A DNA stretch of 64,000 nucleotides from Candidatus Latescibacterota bacterium (GCA_964291625.2 OZ220089.1:2976001-3040000); one strand, 5' to 3'. Positions 20,798-31,093 are shown, numbered from the stretch's first letter. The notes: a model not told the origin generated them from the letters alone. Numbers and translations are program-made.

Positions 20798-22003
20798 ATG
20801 AGCGGCGTGTACCAGCGCTTCGGCGTGCGCACCATCATCAACGCCTCCGGCCCCGCCACCCGGCTGAGCGGCTCGATCATGGCGCCGGAGGTGGCCGAGG
20901 CGATGGCCGAGGCCGGCCGGTCGTGCGTCGACATCGCCGAGCTGCAGGCGGCGGCCAGCTCCGTCATCGCCCGCCACACCGGCGCCGAGGCCGGGTACGT
21001 CACCAGCGGCGCCGCCGCCGGCCTGCTCCTGGGCACGGCGGCCTGCGTCACCGGCCTCGACCCGACCCGCATGAACCGGCTGCCCGACACGACGGGCATG
21101 AAGAGCCGCGTGGTCATGGCCCGCAGCCACCGCAACTTCTACGACCACGCCGTGCGCTCCGTGGGCATCGAGCTGGTGGAGATCGGCATCTCCGACCGCT
21201 TCAGCGGCGCCGGCGTGCGCGACGCCGAGCCGTGGGAGTACGCCGCCGCCATCGACGACGACACGGCGGCCGTGGTCTACGTCGCCTACGCCCACACCCA
21301 GCCCGAGCTGTCCGCCGTCGTCGAGGTCGCCCACGCCGCCTCGGTGCCCGTCATCGTCGACGCCGCCGGACAGCTGCCCCCGGCCTCCAACCTGAGTCGG
21401 TTCCTCGCCGAGGGCGCCGACCTCGTCGCCTTCTCGGGCGGCAAGGCGATCGCCGGCCCCCAGTCCTCCGGCATCCTGGCCGGCCGCCGGGAGCTGATCC
21501 AGGCCGCCGCCCTGCAGCACCTCGACCTCGACATCCTCTGGGACCAGTGGAACCCGCCGGCGGGGCTGATCGACAAGAGCCGCCTGCCCGGGGCGCCCCA
21601 CCACGGCATCGGGCGGCCCTGCAAGGTCGGCAAGGAGGAGATCGTCGGCCTGCTGACGGCCCTGGAGCGCTTCGTGGAGGAGGGCGACGAGGCGAGGCGG
21701 GCCCGCTGGCTCGAGCACATGAGGCAGCTCGCCGAGGCCGCCGGGGCGCTGCCGGGCGCCGAGGTCGAGCTGCGCGACGACCCGAAGCGGGCGGCGATCC
21801 CCGCCGTCCACGTGCAGATCGACGAGGACGCCTGCGGCCTGACCGCCCTCGACGTGGTCCGCGCCCTGCAGGACGGCGACCCAAGCGTCCACGCCAACCC
21901 CAGCCACGTGCGCGAAGGCGTCGTCGCCTTCGGCCCCATGTGCCTGAAGGACGGAGAGCCGGAGGTGGTGGGCCGGCGCCTGCGCGAGGTGCTGGGGGGT
22001 TAG
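20798..22003 (+). CDS. SelA/DgaE-like PLP-dependent enzyme
   Basis: IINASG..T.LSGS, VTSGAAAG, VIVDAA, FSGGKAIAGPQSSGIL, GRPCKVGKEEIVGL. Confidence 0.85.
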   Translation: MSGVYQRFGVRTIINASGPATRLSGSIMAPEVAEAMAEAGRSCVDIAELQAAASSVIARHTGAEAGYVTSGAAAGLLLGTAACVTGLDPTRMNRLPDTTGMKSRVVMARSHRNFYDHAVRSVGIELVEIGISDRFSGAGVRDAEPWEYAAAIDDDTAAVVYVAYAHTQPELSAVVEVAHAASVPVIVDAAGQLPPASNLSRFLAEGADLVAFSGGKAIAGPQSSGILAGRRELIQAAALQHLDLDILWDQWNPPAGLIDKSRLPGAPHHGIGRPCKVGKEEIVGLLTALERFVEEGDEARRARWLEHMRQLAEAAGALPGAEVELRDDPKRAAIPAVHVQIDEDACGLTALDVVRALQDGDPSVHANPSHVREGVVAFGPMCLKDGEPEVVGRRLREVLGG

Positions 22004-22019
22004 CCGGGGGCTGGAGGCC

Positions 22020-22436
22020 CTAGGCCTTGTGCTCGCAGTTGAACTGCCAGTTGATGCCGAACTTGTCGGTGCAGGAGCCGAAGTAGGACCCCCAGAACAT
22101 GTCGGCCGGCGCCATGGTCACCGTGCCGCCCTCCGACATCATGGCGAAGAGCCGGTCGGTCTCTTCCCTGCTCTGCGCGGAGTAGGAGATGGAGAAGTTG
22201 CCGCCCACCGTGGCAGGTCCGAAGCGCGACGGGACATCGCTGCCCATGAGCACGCTCGATCCGATGGGCAGGGAGACGTGCATGATGTTGTCGCGTTCGT
22301 CCTCCGCCACCTCGAAGTCGTCGGGTCCGTTGGCGAAGGTCTCCATCACGGTGAACTCACCCCCGAATACCGAGCGGTAGTACTCGAACGCCTCGCGGCA
22401 GTTTCCGTTGAAATGGAGATAGGTGTTCAGTGTCAT
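22020..22436 (-). CDS. VOC/PhnB family protein
   Basis: YLHFNGNCREAFEYYRSVFGG, IMH, MGSD, MFWG..FG...DKFGINW. Confidence 0.9.
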   Translation of the reverse strand: MTLNTYLHFNGNCREAFEYYRSVFGGEFTVMETFANGPDDFEVAEDERDNIMHVSLPIGSSVLMGSDVPSRFGPATVGGNFSISYSAQSREETDRLFAMMSEGGTVTMAPADMFWGSYFGSCTDKFGINWQFNCEHKA

Positions 22437-22543
22437 CCGTGCCTCCCGGGCATCGAGTCAGGGCTTTTGAAGCAAGAAGACCCTGATCCCGAACACCGTC
22501 AAGGCGCTGAGAGAGGGCGCCTGACGCCGGGGGACTTCCGCCG

Positions 22544-23872
22544 ATGTTCGTCGAAGGCTACACCGATCAGCTGAGCTACCGCGCCGGCGACACGGTGCGG
22601 TTTCACGTGTCGACCAGCGCGGGGACGTACTCGCTGGAGGTGGCGCGGATCGGCGCCGCCCGCGAGGTGGTGTGGCACCAGGACTCGCTGCCGGGAGCGA
22701 GCCACCCGGTGCCGGAAGACGCCTCCTCCCACGGCTGCCGCTGGCCGGTCTCCCACTCCCTCGAAGTACCCGCCGCCTGGCGGAGCGGTTACTACGAGTT
22801 CGTCCTGCGCGCCGGGGACCACGGGGGCGAGTTCGTGCGCCGGGGGCGGCGCACCGCCGAGAGCCGGGGTTTCTTCATCATCCGTCCCGCGGGCCCCACG
22901 GATTCCCGCATCCTGCTGCAGCTGGCCACCAACACCTACGCCGCCTACAACAACTGGGGCGGGTACAGCCTCTACGCCTATCACGGCCGCGGCGGCCTGC
23001 AGGGGCACCGCGTCTCCTTCGACCGTCCCATGGCGGGCCTCTTCGACCGCTGGGAGCGGGACTTCGTCGAGTGGGCCGAGGCCGCCGGGTACGCCGTCGA
23101 CTACTGCGCCAACTCCGACCTCGAGCACCATCCCGAACTGCTGGACCACTACCGCCTCGTGCTCAGCGTGGGCCACGACGAGTACTGGTCCGGACCGATG
23201 CGCGACCACCTCGAGGCGTTCATCGCCGCCGGCGGCAACGCCGCCTTCCTCAGCGGCAACTCCGTCTGCTGGCAGGTCCGCGGCGAGGACGAGGGCCGCG
23301 CCCTGGTCTGCTGGAAGCAGTGGTTCAACATGGACCCCGCCTGGGCCGCCGGCGACCACGCCAACCTCTCCACCCTGTGGAGCCACCACCTCGTGGGGCG
23401 GCCCGAGAGCACGCTGACCGGCGTCGGCTTCCTCTACGGGGGCTATCACCTGAGCCACGGGCAGTACATGGACGGCTCCGGCGCCTTCACGGTCCATCGC
23501 CCGGAGCACTGGGTCCTCGCGGGCACGGGCCTGCAACGGGGCGACAGCTTCGGGGGCGGGCACACCATCGTCGGCTACGAGTGCGACGGCTGCGAGTTCG
23601 AGTTGAAGGACGGCCTGCCCGTTCCGAAGGGGACCCACGGCACGCCGGCGGACTTCACGATCCTGTGCACCGCGCCGGCGCGGTGGCACCCCGGCGACAG
23701 CGAGTGGTACGAGCGCTGGGAGAAGGGCCGGGAGGGCGCCGCGGTCATGGGACTGTACACCCGCGGCGGCACGGTCTTCACCGCCGGGACGACCGACTGG
23801 TCCCACGGGCTCAAGGGAGACCCGGTGGTGGACCGGATCACCCGCAATGTACTGGACCGGCTGAGCCGGTAG
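22544..23872 (+). CDS. N,N-dimethylformamidase beta-subunit-like protein
   Basis: EGYTDQLSY..GD, TYAAYNNWGGYSLY, VSFDRP, LSVGHDEYWS, FLSGN, VGYECD. Confidence 0.85.
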   Translation: MFVEGYTDQLSYRAGDTVRFHVSTSAGTYSLEVARIGAAREVVWHQDSLPGASHPVPEDASSHGCRWPVSHSLEVPAAWRSGYYEFVLRAGDHGGEFVRRGRRTAESRGFFIIRPAGPTDSRILLQLATNTYAAYNNWGGYSLYAYHGRGGLQGHRVSFDRPMAGLFDRWERDFVEWAEAAGYAVDYCANSDLEHHPELLDHYRLVLSVGHDEYWSGPMRDHLEAFIAAGGNAAFLSGNSVCWQVRGEDEGRALVCWKQWFNMDPAWAAGDHANLSTLWSHHLVGRPESTLTGVGFLYGGYHLSHGQYMDGSGAFTVHRPEHWVLAGTGLQRGDSFGGGHTIVGYECDGCEFELKDGLPVPKGTHGTPADFTILCTAPARWHPGDSEWYERWEKGREGAAVMGLYTRGGTVFTAGTTDWSHGLKGDPVVDRITRNVLDRLSR

Positions 23873-23885
23873 TCGCGGGGCGGCG

Positions 23886-24689
23886 CTACAGCAGGTCCCT
23901 GGAGCGGAACCGCCACCAGGCCAGCAGCAGGAAGATGACGGTCACGTCCAGGGCATACAGGGTGAGGATGGAGATCTCCTCCAGGCCGATCATCCGTCTC
24001 TGCCAGAACAGGGTGAACAGGTTGAAGCGGTCGTAGCTCGGCAGGATGTAGTAGAGCGGGTTGGGAGGCGAGAAGTAGGTGGCGGAGGCGAAGAAGGCCG
24101 CCACTCCGGCGATGGCGGGATGGACCAGCAGCGACAGCAGGAGGGCGGCGGAACCGACCATGAGGTTCTGGCAGAGCATGAGCCACGGGGCATAGGCGAG
24201 GGCCAGCTTCAGGTCCAGACCGTGGCCCCAGGAGTAGACGGCGAAGGCGGCGGCGGAGAGCACCGACCAGGCGAGCATCACCGCCGCGGCGCCGCAGAAA
24301 CGTCCCAGGAGAAACTGCGTTCGAGAGACCGGACGGGACAGGATCATGCGGATCGTGCCGCGGCGGAGGTCCCCGGCCACCGCGGTGCTGCATATGAACA
24401 CGGTCAGCAGAGAGCCGGCGAGGGCCGTGAACCAGCAGAATCCGCCCAGGACCATGGTTCCCATCGACTCCATCCCCTGGCGCATCTGCTCCAGCTGGGC
24501 CTCGTCCAGCTCGCCCTCGTTCGCCTCGGAAGCCCTCTCCGGACCCTGGACCACCATGTCCCTCCCGTAGGTGGTGACCACCGAGACGGCCGCACTCAGG
24601 CCCAGCGTGCCGAGGACGAGGACCACCAGCAGGCGCTGGTGGAGCAGGTTGCGAAGGCTGTCGCCGGCGATCAGGAGGGTTGGGCTCAT
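23886..24689 (-). CDS. ABC-2 type transporter permease
   Basis: Multi-TM protein with GTIRMILSRPVSRTQFLLGRF motif. Overlaps the stop of the ATPase gene. Confidence 0.85.
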   Translation of the reverse strand: MSPTLLIAGDSLRNLLHQRLLVVLVLGTLGLSAAVSVVTTYGRDMVVQGPERASEANEGELDEAQLEQMRQGMESMGTMVLGGFCWFTALAGSLLTVFICSTAVAGDLRRGTIRMILSRPVSRTQFLLGRFCGAAAVMLAWSVLSAAAFAVYSWGHGLDLKLALAYAPWLMLCQNLMVGSAALLLSLLVHPAIAGVAAFFASATYFSPPNPLYYILPSYDRFNLFTLFWQRRMIGLEEISILTLYALDVTVIFLLLAWWRFRSRDLL

Positions 24690-25600
24690 TCGTTCTCCTG
24701 CCCTTCGATGGCGCCGAAGAAGATCTCCTCCAGCGACTGGCTTCGCGTCTCCACCTGATCGGCCTCGACGCCGAACCGCTCGAGCACCTCCTCCACCTCC
24801 TCCAGAACCCTGCGGTCCGGGCACGAGATCGTCGACGCTTCACCCTCCACCGTCAGTCCCGCCCCGGCCGCGGCCAACGCCTCCATGGCGCTCCCCGGCA
24901 GGTCCCTCGCCCGGACCACGAACCCTGCCGACTCGGCGGAGAGCTCCTCCAGGGTGCCGGCCCGCTTCAGCTCCCCCTGCTGCAGGATGGCCACGCGGTC
25001 GCACACCGACTCCACCTCGGAGAGGATGTGGGAGCAGATGAAGACGGTCGTCCCCCGGGCTTTGAGGTCGAGCACGATGTCCCGGAAGTCGCGCCGGGCC
25101 ACGGGATCGAGGTTCGACGTGGGCTCGTCGAGGATCAGCAGCTCGGGGTCGTTGAGCAGCGCCTGCCCCAGCCCCAGGCGCTGCAGCATGCCCTGGGAGT
25201 ACTCGGAGATCTTCCGCTCGGCGGCCTCCGCCAGTCCCACCGTCTCCAGCCGTTCCATCGCCTGCCGCGACGAGTCCTCCGCCGCCATGCCCAGCAGGCC
25301 GCCGTGGAACTCGAGCAGCCCCCGTCCGCTGTAGTAGCCCGGCAGGTCCACCGACTCCGGCAGGTATCCGAGCCTCTGTCTCGCCTCGGTGCAGGTGACG
25401 GGTCTGTCGAAGACGAAGGCGGTCCCCGTGCCGGGGCGGATGAAGTTCAGCAGCAACTGGATGGTGGTGGACTTGCCGGCGCCGTTGGGACCGAGGAAGC
25501 CGAAGACCTCGCCGGCCTGCACTTCCAGGTTCAGTCCGCGCAGGGCGACGGTGCCGCCCTTGTAGGTCTTGCCGAGGTCCTCGGTGCGGATGACGGCCAT
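24686..25600 (-). CDS. ABC transporter ATP-binding protein
   Basis: GPNGAGKST, YSQGM signature, LLILDEP, SHIL. Confidence 0.95.
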   Translation of the reverse strand: MAVIRTEDLGKTYKGGTVALRGLNLEVQAGEVFGFLGPNGAGKSTTIQLLLNFIRPGTGTAFVFDRPVTCTEARQRLGYLPESVDLPGYYSGRGLLEFHGGLLGMAAEDSSRQAMERLETVGLAEAAERKISEYSQGMLQRLGLGQALLNDPELLILDEPTSNLDPVARRDFRDIVLDLKARGTTVFICSHILSEVESVCDRVAILQQGELKRAGTLEELSAESAGFVVRARDLPGSAMEALAAAGAGLTVEGEASTISCPDRRVLEEVEEVLERFGVEADQVETRSQSLEEIFFGAIEGQENE

Positions 25601-25612
25601 GGGCGGGAGGCT

Positions 25613-26173
25613 CTACTGGGCCAGCGGCTCGAGCAGCTGCCGCAAGTCGTCCTCCATGCCCGGACCGTACCCGACCTGGATCGACTCCACGAGACCCTCC
25701 CGGTTGACCACGACCTGGGCCGGGATGCCGCCGACGCCGAAGAGGGCGCCGATGACGAAGTCCTGGTCCGCCACCACGGGGAAGGTGTAGCCGTTCTGGT
25801 CGAGGAACTCCCGCACTTGCTCCGGGTCCTCGCCCAGGTTGACGGCCAGGATCTCCACGCCCCGTCCGCCGAACTCCTCGTGGACCTCCTGCAGCCCCGG
25901 CATGGCCAGCAGGCAGGGGCCGCACCAGGTGGCCCAGAAGTCGAGGACCACCACCTTGCGCCCCCGGAACTCGGAGAGCACGATCGGCCTCCCCGTCAGG
26001 TCCGCCGCCGAGAAGTCGGGCGCCTCGCTGCCCTCCCGGAGGTCTCCGAGCTGGCCCGAGACGGGGGATCCGGCGCCGACTCCCTCGATCTTGACCTGGT
26101 GGTGGATCGCCGCGGTGCCGATGGCGAGGAGGACTCCGAGCACGATCCACATCACGGACCTTCCATCCCCCAT
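25613..26173 (-). CDS. TlpA/ResA-like thiol-disulfide oxidoreductase
   Basis: N-terminal TM anchor, APDF, LDFWATWCGPC. Confidence 0.9.
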   Translation of the reverse strand: MGDGRSVMWIVLGVLLAIGTAAIHHQVKIEGVGAGSPVSGQLGDLREGSEAPDFSAADLTGRPIVLSEFRGRKVVVLDFWATWCGPCLLAMPGLQEVHEEFGGRGVEILAVNLGEDPEQVREFLDQNGYTFPVVADQDFVIGALFGVGGIPAQVVVNREGLVESIQVGYGPGMEDDLRQLLEPLAQ

Positions 26174-26174
26174 C

Positions 26175-28640
26175 TCACGATCTCATCTTCCGGCCTTCGG
26201 GGTCGTAGAGAGGCTCCCTGGCGACCGTCGCCGCCAGGCGCTCCCCGAAGTATAGCACCTCCACCTTCGTCCCGACCTTGCAGAACTCGACCGGCAGGTA
26301 GCCGCAGACGATGCCGCGGCCGATGGAGTGGCCGTAGTTGGCGCTGGTCACGTAGCCGAGGACGTCGCCGCCGTGGAGGATCGGCTCCTTGCCGACGACC
26401 ACCGCCGAGGGGTCGTCCAGGGTCATGCAGCACAGCCGCCGTTCCACCCCCCGGGCGCGGACCCGCCGCAGCGCCTCCCGGCCGGTGAAGTCGCCCTTCC
26501 CCATGCTCACCGCGAAGCCGAGGCCCGCCTCGAAGGGGTTGTGCTCGGTGTGGATCTCCTGGCCCCAGAGGCGGTGGCCCTTCTCCAGGCGCAGCGAGTC
26601 GAAGGCGCCGCCGCCGGCGGCGATCACCCCGAGGGGCTGACCCGCCCGCCAGAGGATGTCCCAGAGCCGCGGGCCCTGCTCGAAAGGGGCGTAGATCTCC
26701 CAGCCGAGCTCGCCCACGTAGGAGATCCGCAGGGCGAGAGCGGGGATCTCGGCGATGGTCAGCCGCCGGGCGCCCAGGTACGGGAACGCCTCGTCGCCCA
26801 GGTCCTCCCCGCAGAGGCGGCTCAGCAGGCCGCGCGCCCGCGGCCCCCACAGGCCGATGCAGCAGTACGCCGCCGAGACGTCCTCCACCCGGGCCGAGCC
26901 GTCCCCCGGCAGGTGGGCCTCGATCCAGCCGAGGTCGTGGAGACCCATGGCGCCGCCGGTGATCACCAGGAAGCGCTCCTCCTCCAGGCGCGTCACCGTC
27001 AGATCGCACTTGATGCCGCCCCGGGGCGTGAGCATGGCCGTGTAGGTGACGGCGCCGGCCGGCCGGTCCACCTGGTTGGCGGCGAGGCGTTGAAGCGCCC
27101 GCAGCGCGCCCGGACCGGTCACCTCGAACTTGGCGAAGGGGGTCAGGTCGAAGAGGGCCGCCCGCTCCCGCGTGGCCACATGCTCGGCGGCCACCACCGG
27201 CGACCACCCCACCGCCTCCCAGCCGGACCGCCGCTCACCCGTCACCTCCAGCGATTCGAGCAGGCCGGCGTTCGACTCGTACCACTGGGGCCGCTCCCAT
27301 CCCGCGCTCTCGAAGAACACGGCCCCCAGCTCGCGCTGGCGGGCGTGGAAGGGCGTCAACCGCAGATCCCGGGGGCTGGCGATCTGCTGCCGCGGGTGGA
27401 TGATGTCGTAGACCTCGCGGTACTGCTGGGCCGCCCGGGCCCGCACGTAGGGGCGCGTATGCGCGTGGGGGTGGAAGCGGCGGATGTCGCACTCCCGCAG
27501 GTCGACGCCCGGCTCGCCGTGGACCAGCCACTCCGCCACCGCCTGGCCGACGCCCCCGGCGTGGGTGATCCACACCGCCTGGGCCGACCAGAACCCCCGC
27601 AGCTGGGGCGACTCCCCGAGGACGGGGAAGCCGTCGGTGGTGAAGGAGAACAGGCCGTTGAGCCGGCGGGTCAGCTCCGCGCCCCTCAGGCAGGGGAGGA
27701 TCTCGCCCGCCGCCGCCAGGCCCTTCTCGAAGTGCCGGGCCGGGAAGGGCCTCTCGGCGGGCGGCAAGGAGGTCTCCCCGTGGGCGGGGATGTCGCCGGC
27801 GTCGACGAGGAGCGGCTCGTGCTGGTAGGAGCCGATGCCGTAGCACTCCCCCACCTGTCGGAAGTACATCTCCTCGTCCTGGTGGCGCAGGATCGGCTGC
27901 GACACCTCCTCGACCGCGCCGGCCAGCTCCGGCAGCGGCGCCGTGACGGCGTAGAGATGCTGCATCGGCGACAGCGGGATCGGGACCCCGGCCATCCCGC
28001 CGAGCTTCGGCGCCCAGATCCCGGCGGCGGCGACGACCACGTCGGTGCGGATCTCACCATGGCTGGTATGGACGGCGGTGATCCCCCCGCCGGAGAGGCC
28101 GAAGCCGGTGACCGTCACCCCGCCGTGGAAGGAAGCCCCGCTGCGCTGCGCCTCCCGCGCCATCGCCTCGCCCGGCCGGGTGGCCCGGGTCTGGATGTCG
28201 GAAGGCACGTGGAGCGCCCCGAGGATGCGGTCCGAGAGCATGGGGATCAGCTCGCGGGTCTCGCCCGGGTCGAGCAGATGGGACTCGAGGCCCCAGCTCG
28301 CGGCGTAGCCGTGCCGGCGCTTGAGGTCCGTGAGCCGCTCGGGGGTCCACGCCACCTCCAGGCTGCCCACGCTCCGGGCGCAGGGCTCGCCGTCCAGCTC
28401 GAGGCGGGTGAAGAGGTCCACCGTGCGGCGGGCGAAGGCGGTCATCGTCTTCGAGGGGTTGACCTGGAAGACGAGGCCCGGCGCGTGGGAGGTGGAGCCG
28501 CCGGTCTCGAACAGCGGCCCCTGGTCGAGGACGACCACGTCCCGCCACCCGAGCCGGGTCAGGTGGTACGCCACGCTGCACCCGGCGATGCCGGCGCCGA
28601 CGACGACGGTCCGGGCGTGGGTCGGGAGGGGGGTGGGCAT
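26175..28640 (-). CDS. Dimethylglycine oxidase/sarcosine dehydrogenase-like FAD oxidoreductase with GcvT domain
   Basis: VVGAGIAG, GSTSHAPG, FSFTTDG, AVWITHAGG, GWERP, SYVGELGWE, SLRLEKG. Confidence 0.92.
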   Translation of the reverse strand: MPTPLPTHARTVVVGAGIAGCSVAYHLTRLGWRDVVVLDQGPLFETGGSTSHAPGLVFQVNPSKTMTAFARRTVDLFTRLELDGEPCARSVGSLEVAWTPERLTDLKRRHGYAASWGLESHLLDPGETRELIPMLSDRILGALHVPSDIQTRATRPGEAMAREAQRSGASFHGGVTVTGFGLSGGGITAVHTSHGEIRTDVVVAAAGIWAPKLGGMAGVPIPLSPMQHLYAVTAPLPELAGAVEEVSQPILRHQDEEMYFRQVGECYGIGSYQHEPLLVDAGDIPAHGETSLPPAERPFPARHFEKGLAAAGEILPCLRGAELTRRLNGLFSFTTDGFPVLGESPQLRGFWSAQAVWITHAGGVGQAVAEWLVHGEPGVDLRECDIRRFHPHAHTRPYVRARAAQQYREVYDIIHPRQQIASPRDLRLTPFHARQRELGAVFFESAGWERPQWYESNAGLLESLEVTGERRSGWEAVGWSPVVAAEHVATRERAALFDLTPFAKFEVTGPGALRALQRLAANQVDRPAGAVTYTAMLTPRGGIKCDLTVTRLEEERFLVITGGAMGLHDLGWIEAHLPGDGSARVEDVSAAYCCIGLWGPRARGLLSRLCGEDLGDEAFPYLGARRLTIAEIPALALRISYVGELGWEIYAPFEQGPRLWDILWRAGQPLGVIAAGGGAFDSLRLEKGHRLWGQEIHTEHNPFEAGLGFAVSMGKGDFTGREALRRVRARGVERRLCCMTLDDPSAVVVGKEPILHGGDVLGYVTSANYGHSIGRGIVCGYLPVEFCKVGTKVEVLYFGERLAATVAREPLYDPEGRKMRS

Positions 28641-28723
28641 GTGTCCTGCCCTTAGAAGGCTTCGCGGGCGGCCACCCGGAGCCCCTAGAGCGGCCGGTGA
28701 CTATCCAAATTTGCGCGGGAAGT

Positions 28724-30091
28724 TCAGGAGGGGTAATCCAGCACGTGGGCCCACTTCGCCAAGTGACCGGCTTCTCCACGAAGAGAGGGTTGCACACCCC
28801 AGACTTGACCTGCCCGCCGAAGACGGCCAATGAGGGAGGCGAGGTCCGTTTTCCGGATATCGTCGCGTTCACGCAGGCGTGCCAGCAAGAAATGGAATCG
28901 GCACCTCTTGGCTGCGGCTGGAGTTTGGGATTGGCGTGCAGCGGTCGGCCTAGAGAAGTGCATATCGCCAAATGAAGAGAAGTCGTCGAGAGAGGTGGAC
29001 ACAATACCCTTACAGACAGAGCAGTCGCAGACCTTGGCATGGAAATCACTAGGGCTTCTAATCCCCAATGCGTCGAATGCCCGCTCGATCGCTGGCACAC
29101 CTAAACGTCTGGCCAATGGAGGAAGGTAATACCGCACCATCGGGATCGACTGTCCGATAACCGGGACTACGTTCTTCTGCTCACCGTAGCCTATGCCGTG
29201 ACTTACGCCAGTCATACCCCACTTGCTAAGCAACAAACTGAACAGACCGCCATGCATGGCATGAACCTCCAATCTGTCGGAGAGCGTCTGGACAAGCCTC
29301 CTGTAGGACCTCAAGGTACTCTCGTCAGCCGAGTCTTCATAGAATCCGCTGAACCAAAGCCACACTCCTGACACTCCCGTGTCCGGAATCTCCTGAGTCA
29401 GGCGATCCACCGTGACCGAGTCAGAAAGATGACTCGAGTCCGCGCAGAGAACTCCGTGCACAGGAACATCTGCCCCAAGATCAAGGGTGGCGGTTGTCCT
29501 CATCAGGTCCAGGTTAGCCCTCAGCCAATCAGTAGAGCTACTTGGCTCGATATAGAAGTAAGGAGCGAATATCGCGGCCGGCAGGGGCGCACCACTCAGG
29601 TAGTCCCTTAGCTCCTCGTCCTTCTCCAATTCCCCAACCATCCGGGTCAGCTGATAACGGGCCACACTCTCGCAGAAAGAAGCTTGAGCAGAGCCGATGA
29701 GCGAATTTGGCGATACAGCTCTGCTGTTCGCGACAGCTTCTGTGAGGGGTCCCTGCAACTCCTCTGCAAGCCTGCGATACGACCGCTTGAAATCCCGAAC
29801 TTTTCCCCCAGACTTCCGGGTTTGATCAGACTTAATCCAATCGAGGTCATGCCGTACTGTTCCGATCATCGGGTCGACGTAGGCACCATATGCATACGTC
29901 ATTGGATCAACGTATAGGCGCGTACTCTTGGTACCCACCCTTAGCAAGAGGCTTGCTGTTGCCCCCGGGGTTGCCTCAAAAAGATTAGCTCCAACAATGA
30001 GCCCATCCAAGAAGCGCTCCAGTTTGACCACATATTCCTTCTCTGCGTGGCTCCCTAGGCGAATCACAACTTGTGGGGAGATAGAAGTCAT
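28724..30091 (-). CDS. Uncharacterised TIM-barrel-like protein with a TGT-like CxCxxC...H zinc motif
   Basis: 455 aa, lower GC. Alternating beta/alpha pattern. Motifs YVDPMTY, APYFY, GVSHGIGYGE, RYYLPPL, CDCSVC, HFL, HLAKW. Fold assignment is inference. Confidence 0.6.
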   Translation of the reverse strand: MTSISPQVVIRLGSHAEKEYVVKLERFLDGLIVGANLFEATPGATASLLLRVGTKSTRLYVDPMTYAYGAYVDPMIGTVRHDLDWIKSDQTRKSGGKVRDFKRSYRRLAEELQGPLTEAVANSRAVSPNSLIGSAQASFCESVARYQLTRMVGELEKDEELRDYLSGAPLPAAIFAPYFYIEPSSSTDWLRANLDLMRTTATLDLGADVPVHGVLCADSSHLSDSVTVDRLTQEIPDTGVSGVWLWFSGFYEDSADESTLRSYRRLVQTLSDRLEVHAMHGGLFSLLLSKWGMTGVSHGIGYGEQKNVVPVIGQSIPMVRYYLPPLARRLGVPAIERAFDALGIRSPSDFHAKVCDCSVCKGIVSTSLDDFSSFGDMHFSRPTAARQSQTPAAAKRCRFHFLLARLRERDDIRKTDLASLIGRLRRAGQVWGVQPSLRGEAGHLAKWAHVLDYPS

Positions 30092-30093
30092 AC

Positions 30094-30522
30094 TTAGGGG
30101 TCCTTAGACATAAGGGACAAGTAGTGCTCACGATAGTGCCGTCTCAGGACGGAAGAAGGACGTGCAGGAAGGACTTCCCGACAGCGCGTTGCTTGCACAG
30201 CAAGCAGGCCTAGGCCGTATTCGTCCAAGAGTCCTTGCTCCACAACCCGCGTCACATCTGCAGGCACCGCTATGTAGACGAGATCGGAGCAGAGTTGGTA
30301 TAGTAGTGCCTGTTCAAACGCACGGGCCCATTTCTTGAGTTTGAGCTCCACTGCTATAGTTCGGTCGGTTTGGGATGAATAGCCATACATGTCAATTCGG
30401 TACTCAAAGAAGGGAACTTCTGTTCTTTGTAAGCGAAATGTCCGGTTGCGGAGATACCGAGCCACCAACAGAACAAGATCCTGTTCGCGGCTAAAGTTCT
30501 GGATTGCGAGTCTGGTGGTCAT
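30094..30522 (-). CDS. Small PD-(D/E)XK nuclease-fold protein
   Basis: E...EVPFFEYRIDMYG...IAVELKLKKWARAFEQALLY...VYIAVP: D...ExK plus QxxxY motif. Confidence 0.75.
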   Translation of the reverse strand: MTTRLAIQNFSREQDLVLLVARYLRNRTFRLQRTEVPFFEYRIDMYGYSSQTDRTIAVELKLKKWARAFEQALLYQLCSDLVYIAVPADVTRVVEQGLLDEYGLGLLAVQATRCREVLPARPSSVLRRHYREHYLSLMSKDP

Positions 30523-31093
30523 GAATTACATCACTCTGTCGGAGGAGGACAGCATTGCAGGAAAAGAAAGTCACAATCAGCAGTGCAGTAGGAATGAGGG
30601 ACCATTGGAGAGCAGGTTCAGGGATCGTGATGCCTTGGATCGTACGGAAGACACCAAGAAGTCCGAGACAGGTGGCCTCCCAGAGGCTCAAGCATAGGAC
30701 GTTCCAGCTCAACAGTCGGGCCCAAAGAGACCAGCGAAGGCGAGCTCGATAGACTTGGTTATAGTCGGCAAGGGCGTTGATGTCCGAGTGCACAAATTGG
30801 TGAATGGCCTCGCGGAATGCATCGCTGCGGACAGGATCAACGGGACGCTCGGTGTAAGACTCTGGCGAGACGATTCGAGGCACACCCTGTGCTCGCTGAA
30901 TGACGGGGGCGAGCTGCTCTTCCATTGCTGTTGCAACTCTCCGCATCATTCGGTCAAGGATCTGATCGGTATCACCAATAGTTCTCTTAAAGGGAGCGGT
31001 GCGGTCGCTGTAGCGATAGAGCCCAGCTAGAGAGAGAGGTAGGAGAAGCCCATGGACACTCAGGACCCAAGCGAAGAGGTCTTGCTGCATCAC
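30491..31093 (-). CDS. Hypothetical membrane protein (about 3 TM)
   Basis: One N-terminal and two C-terminal hydrophobic segments. Overlaps both neighbouring genes. Confidence 0.7.
   Translation of the reverse strand: MMQQDLFAWVLSVHGLLLPLSLAGLYRYSDRTAPFKRTIGDTDQILDRMMRRVATAMEEQLAPVIQRAQGVPRIVSPESYTERPVDPVRSDAFREAIHQFVHSDINALADYNQVYRARLRWSLWARLLSWNVLCLSLWEATCLGLLGVFRTIQGITIPEPALQWSLIPTALLIVTFFSCNAVLLRQSDVIHDHQTRNPEL

Noticed and set aside
20798-22003. Selenocysteine synthase selA
   Set aside because: About 400 aa without the SelA N-terminal tRNA-binding region, and no selB/selD/selC nearby. It fits the SelA-like/DgaE group.
28724-30091. Canonical tgt or dpdA
   Set aside because: It lacks the DSGG and other canonical TGT motifs, and no que/dpd genes are adjacent. 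Only the zinc motif and general pattern are similar.
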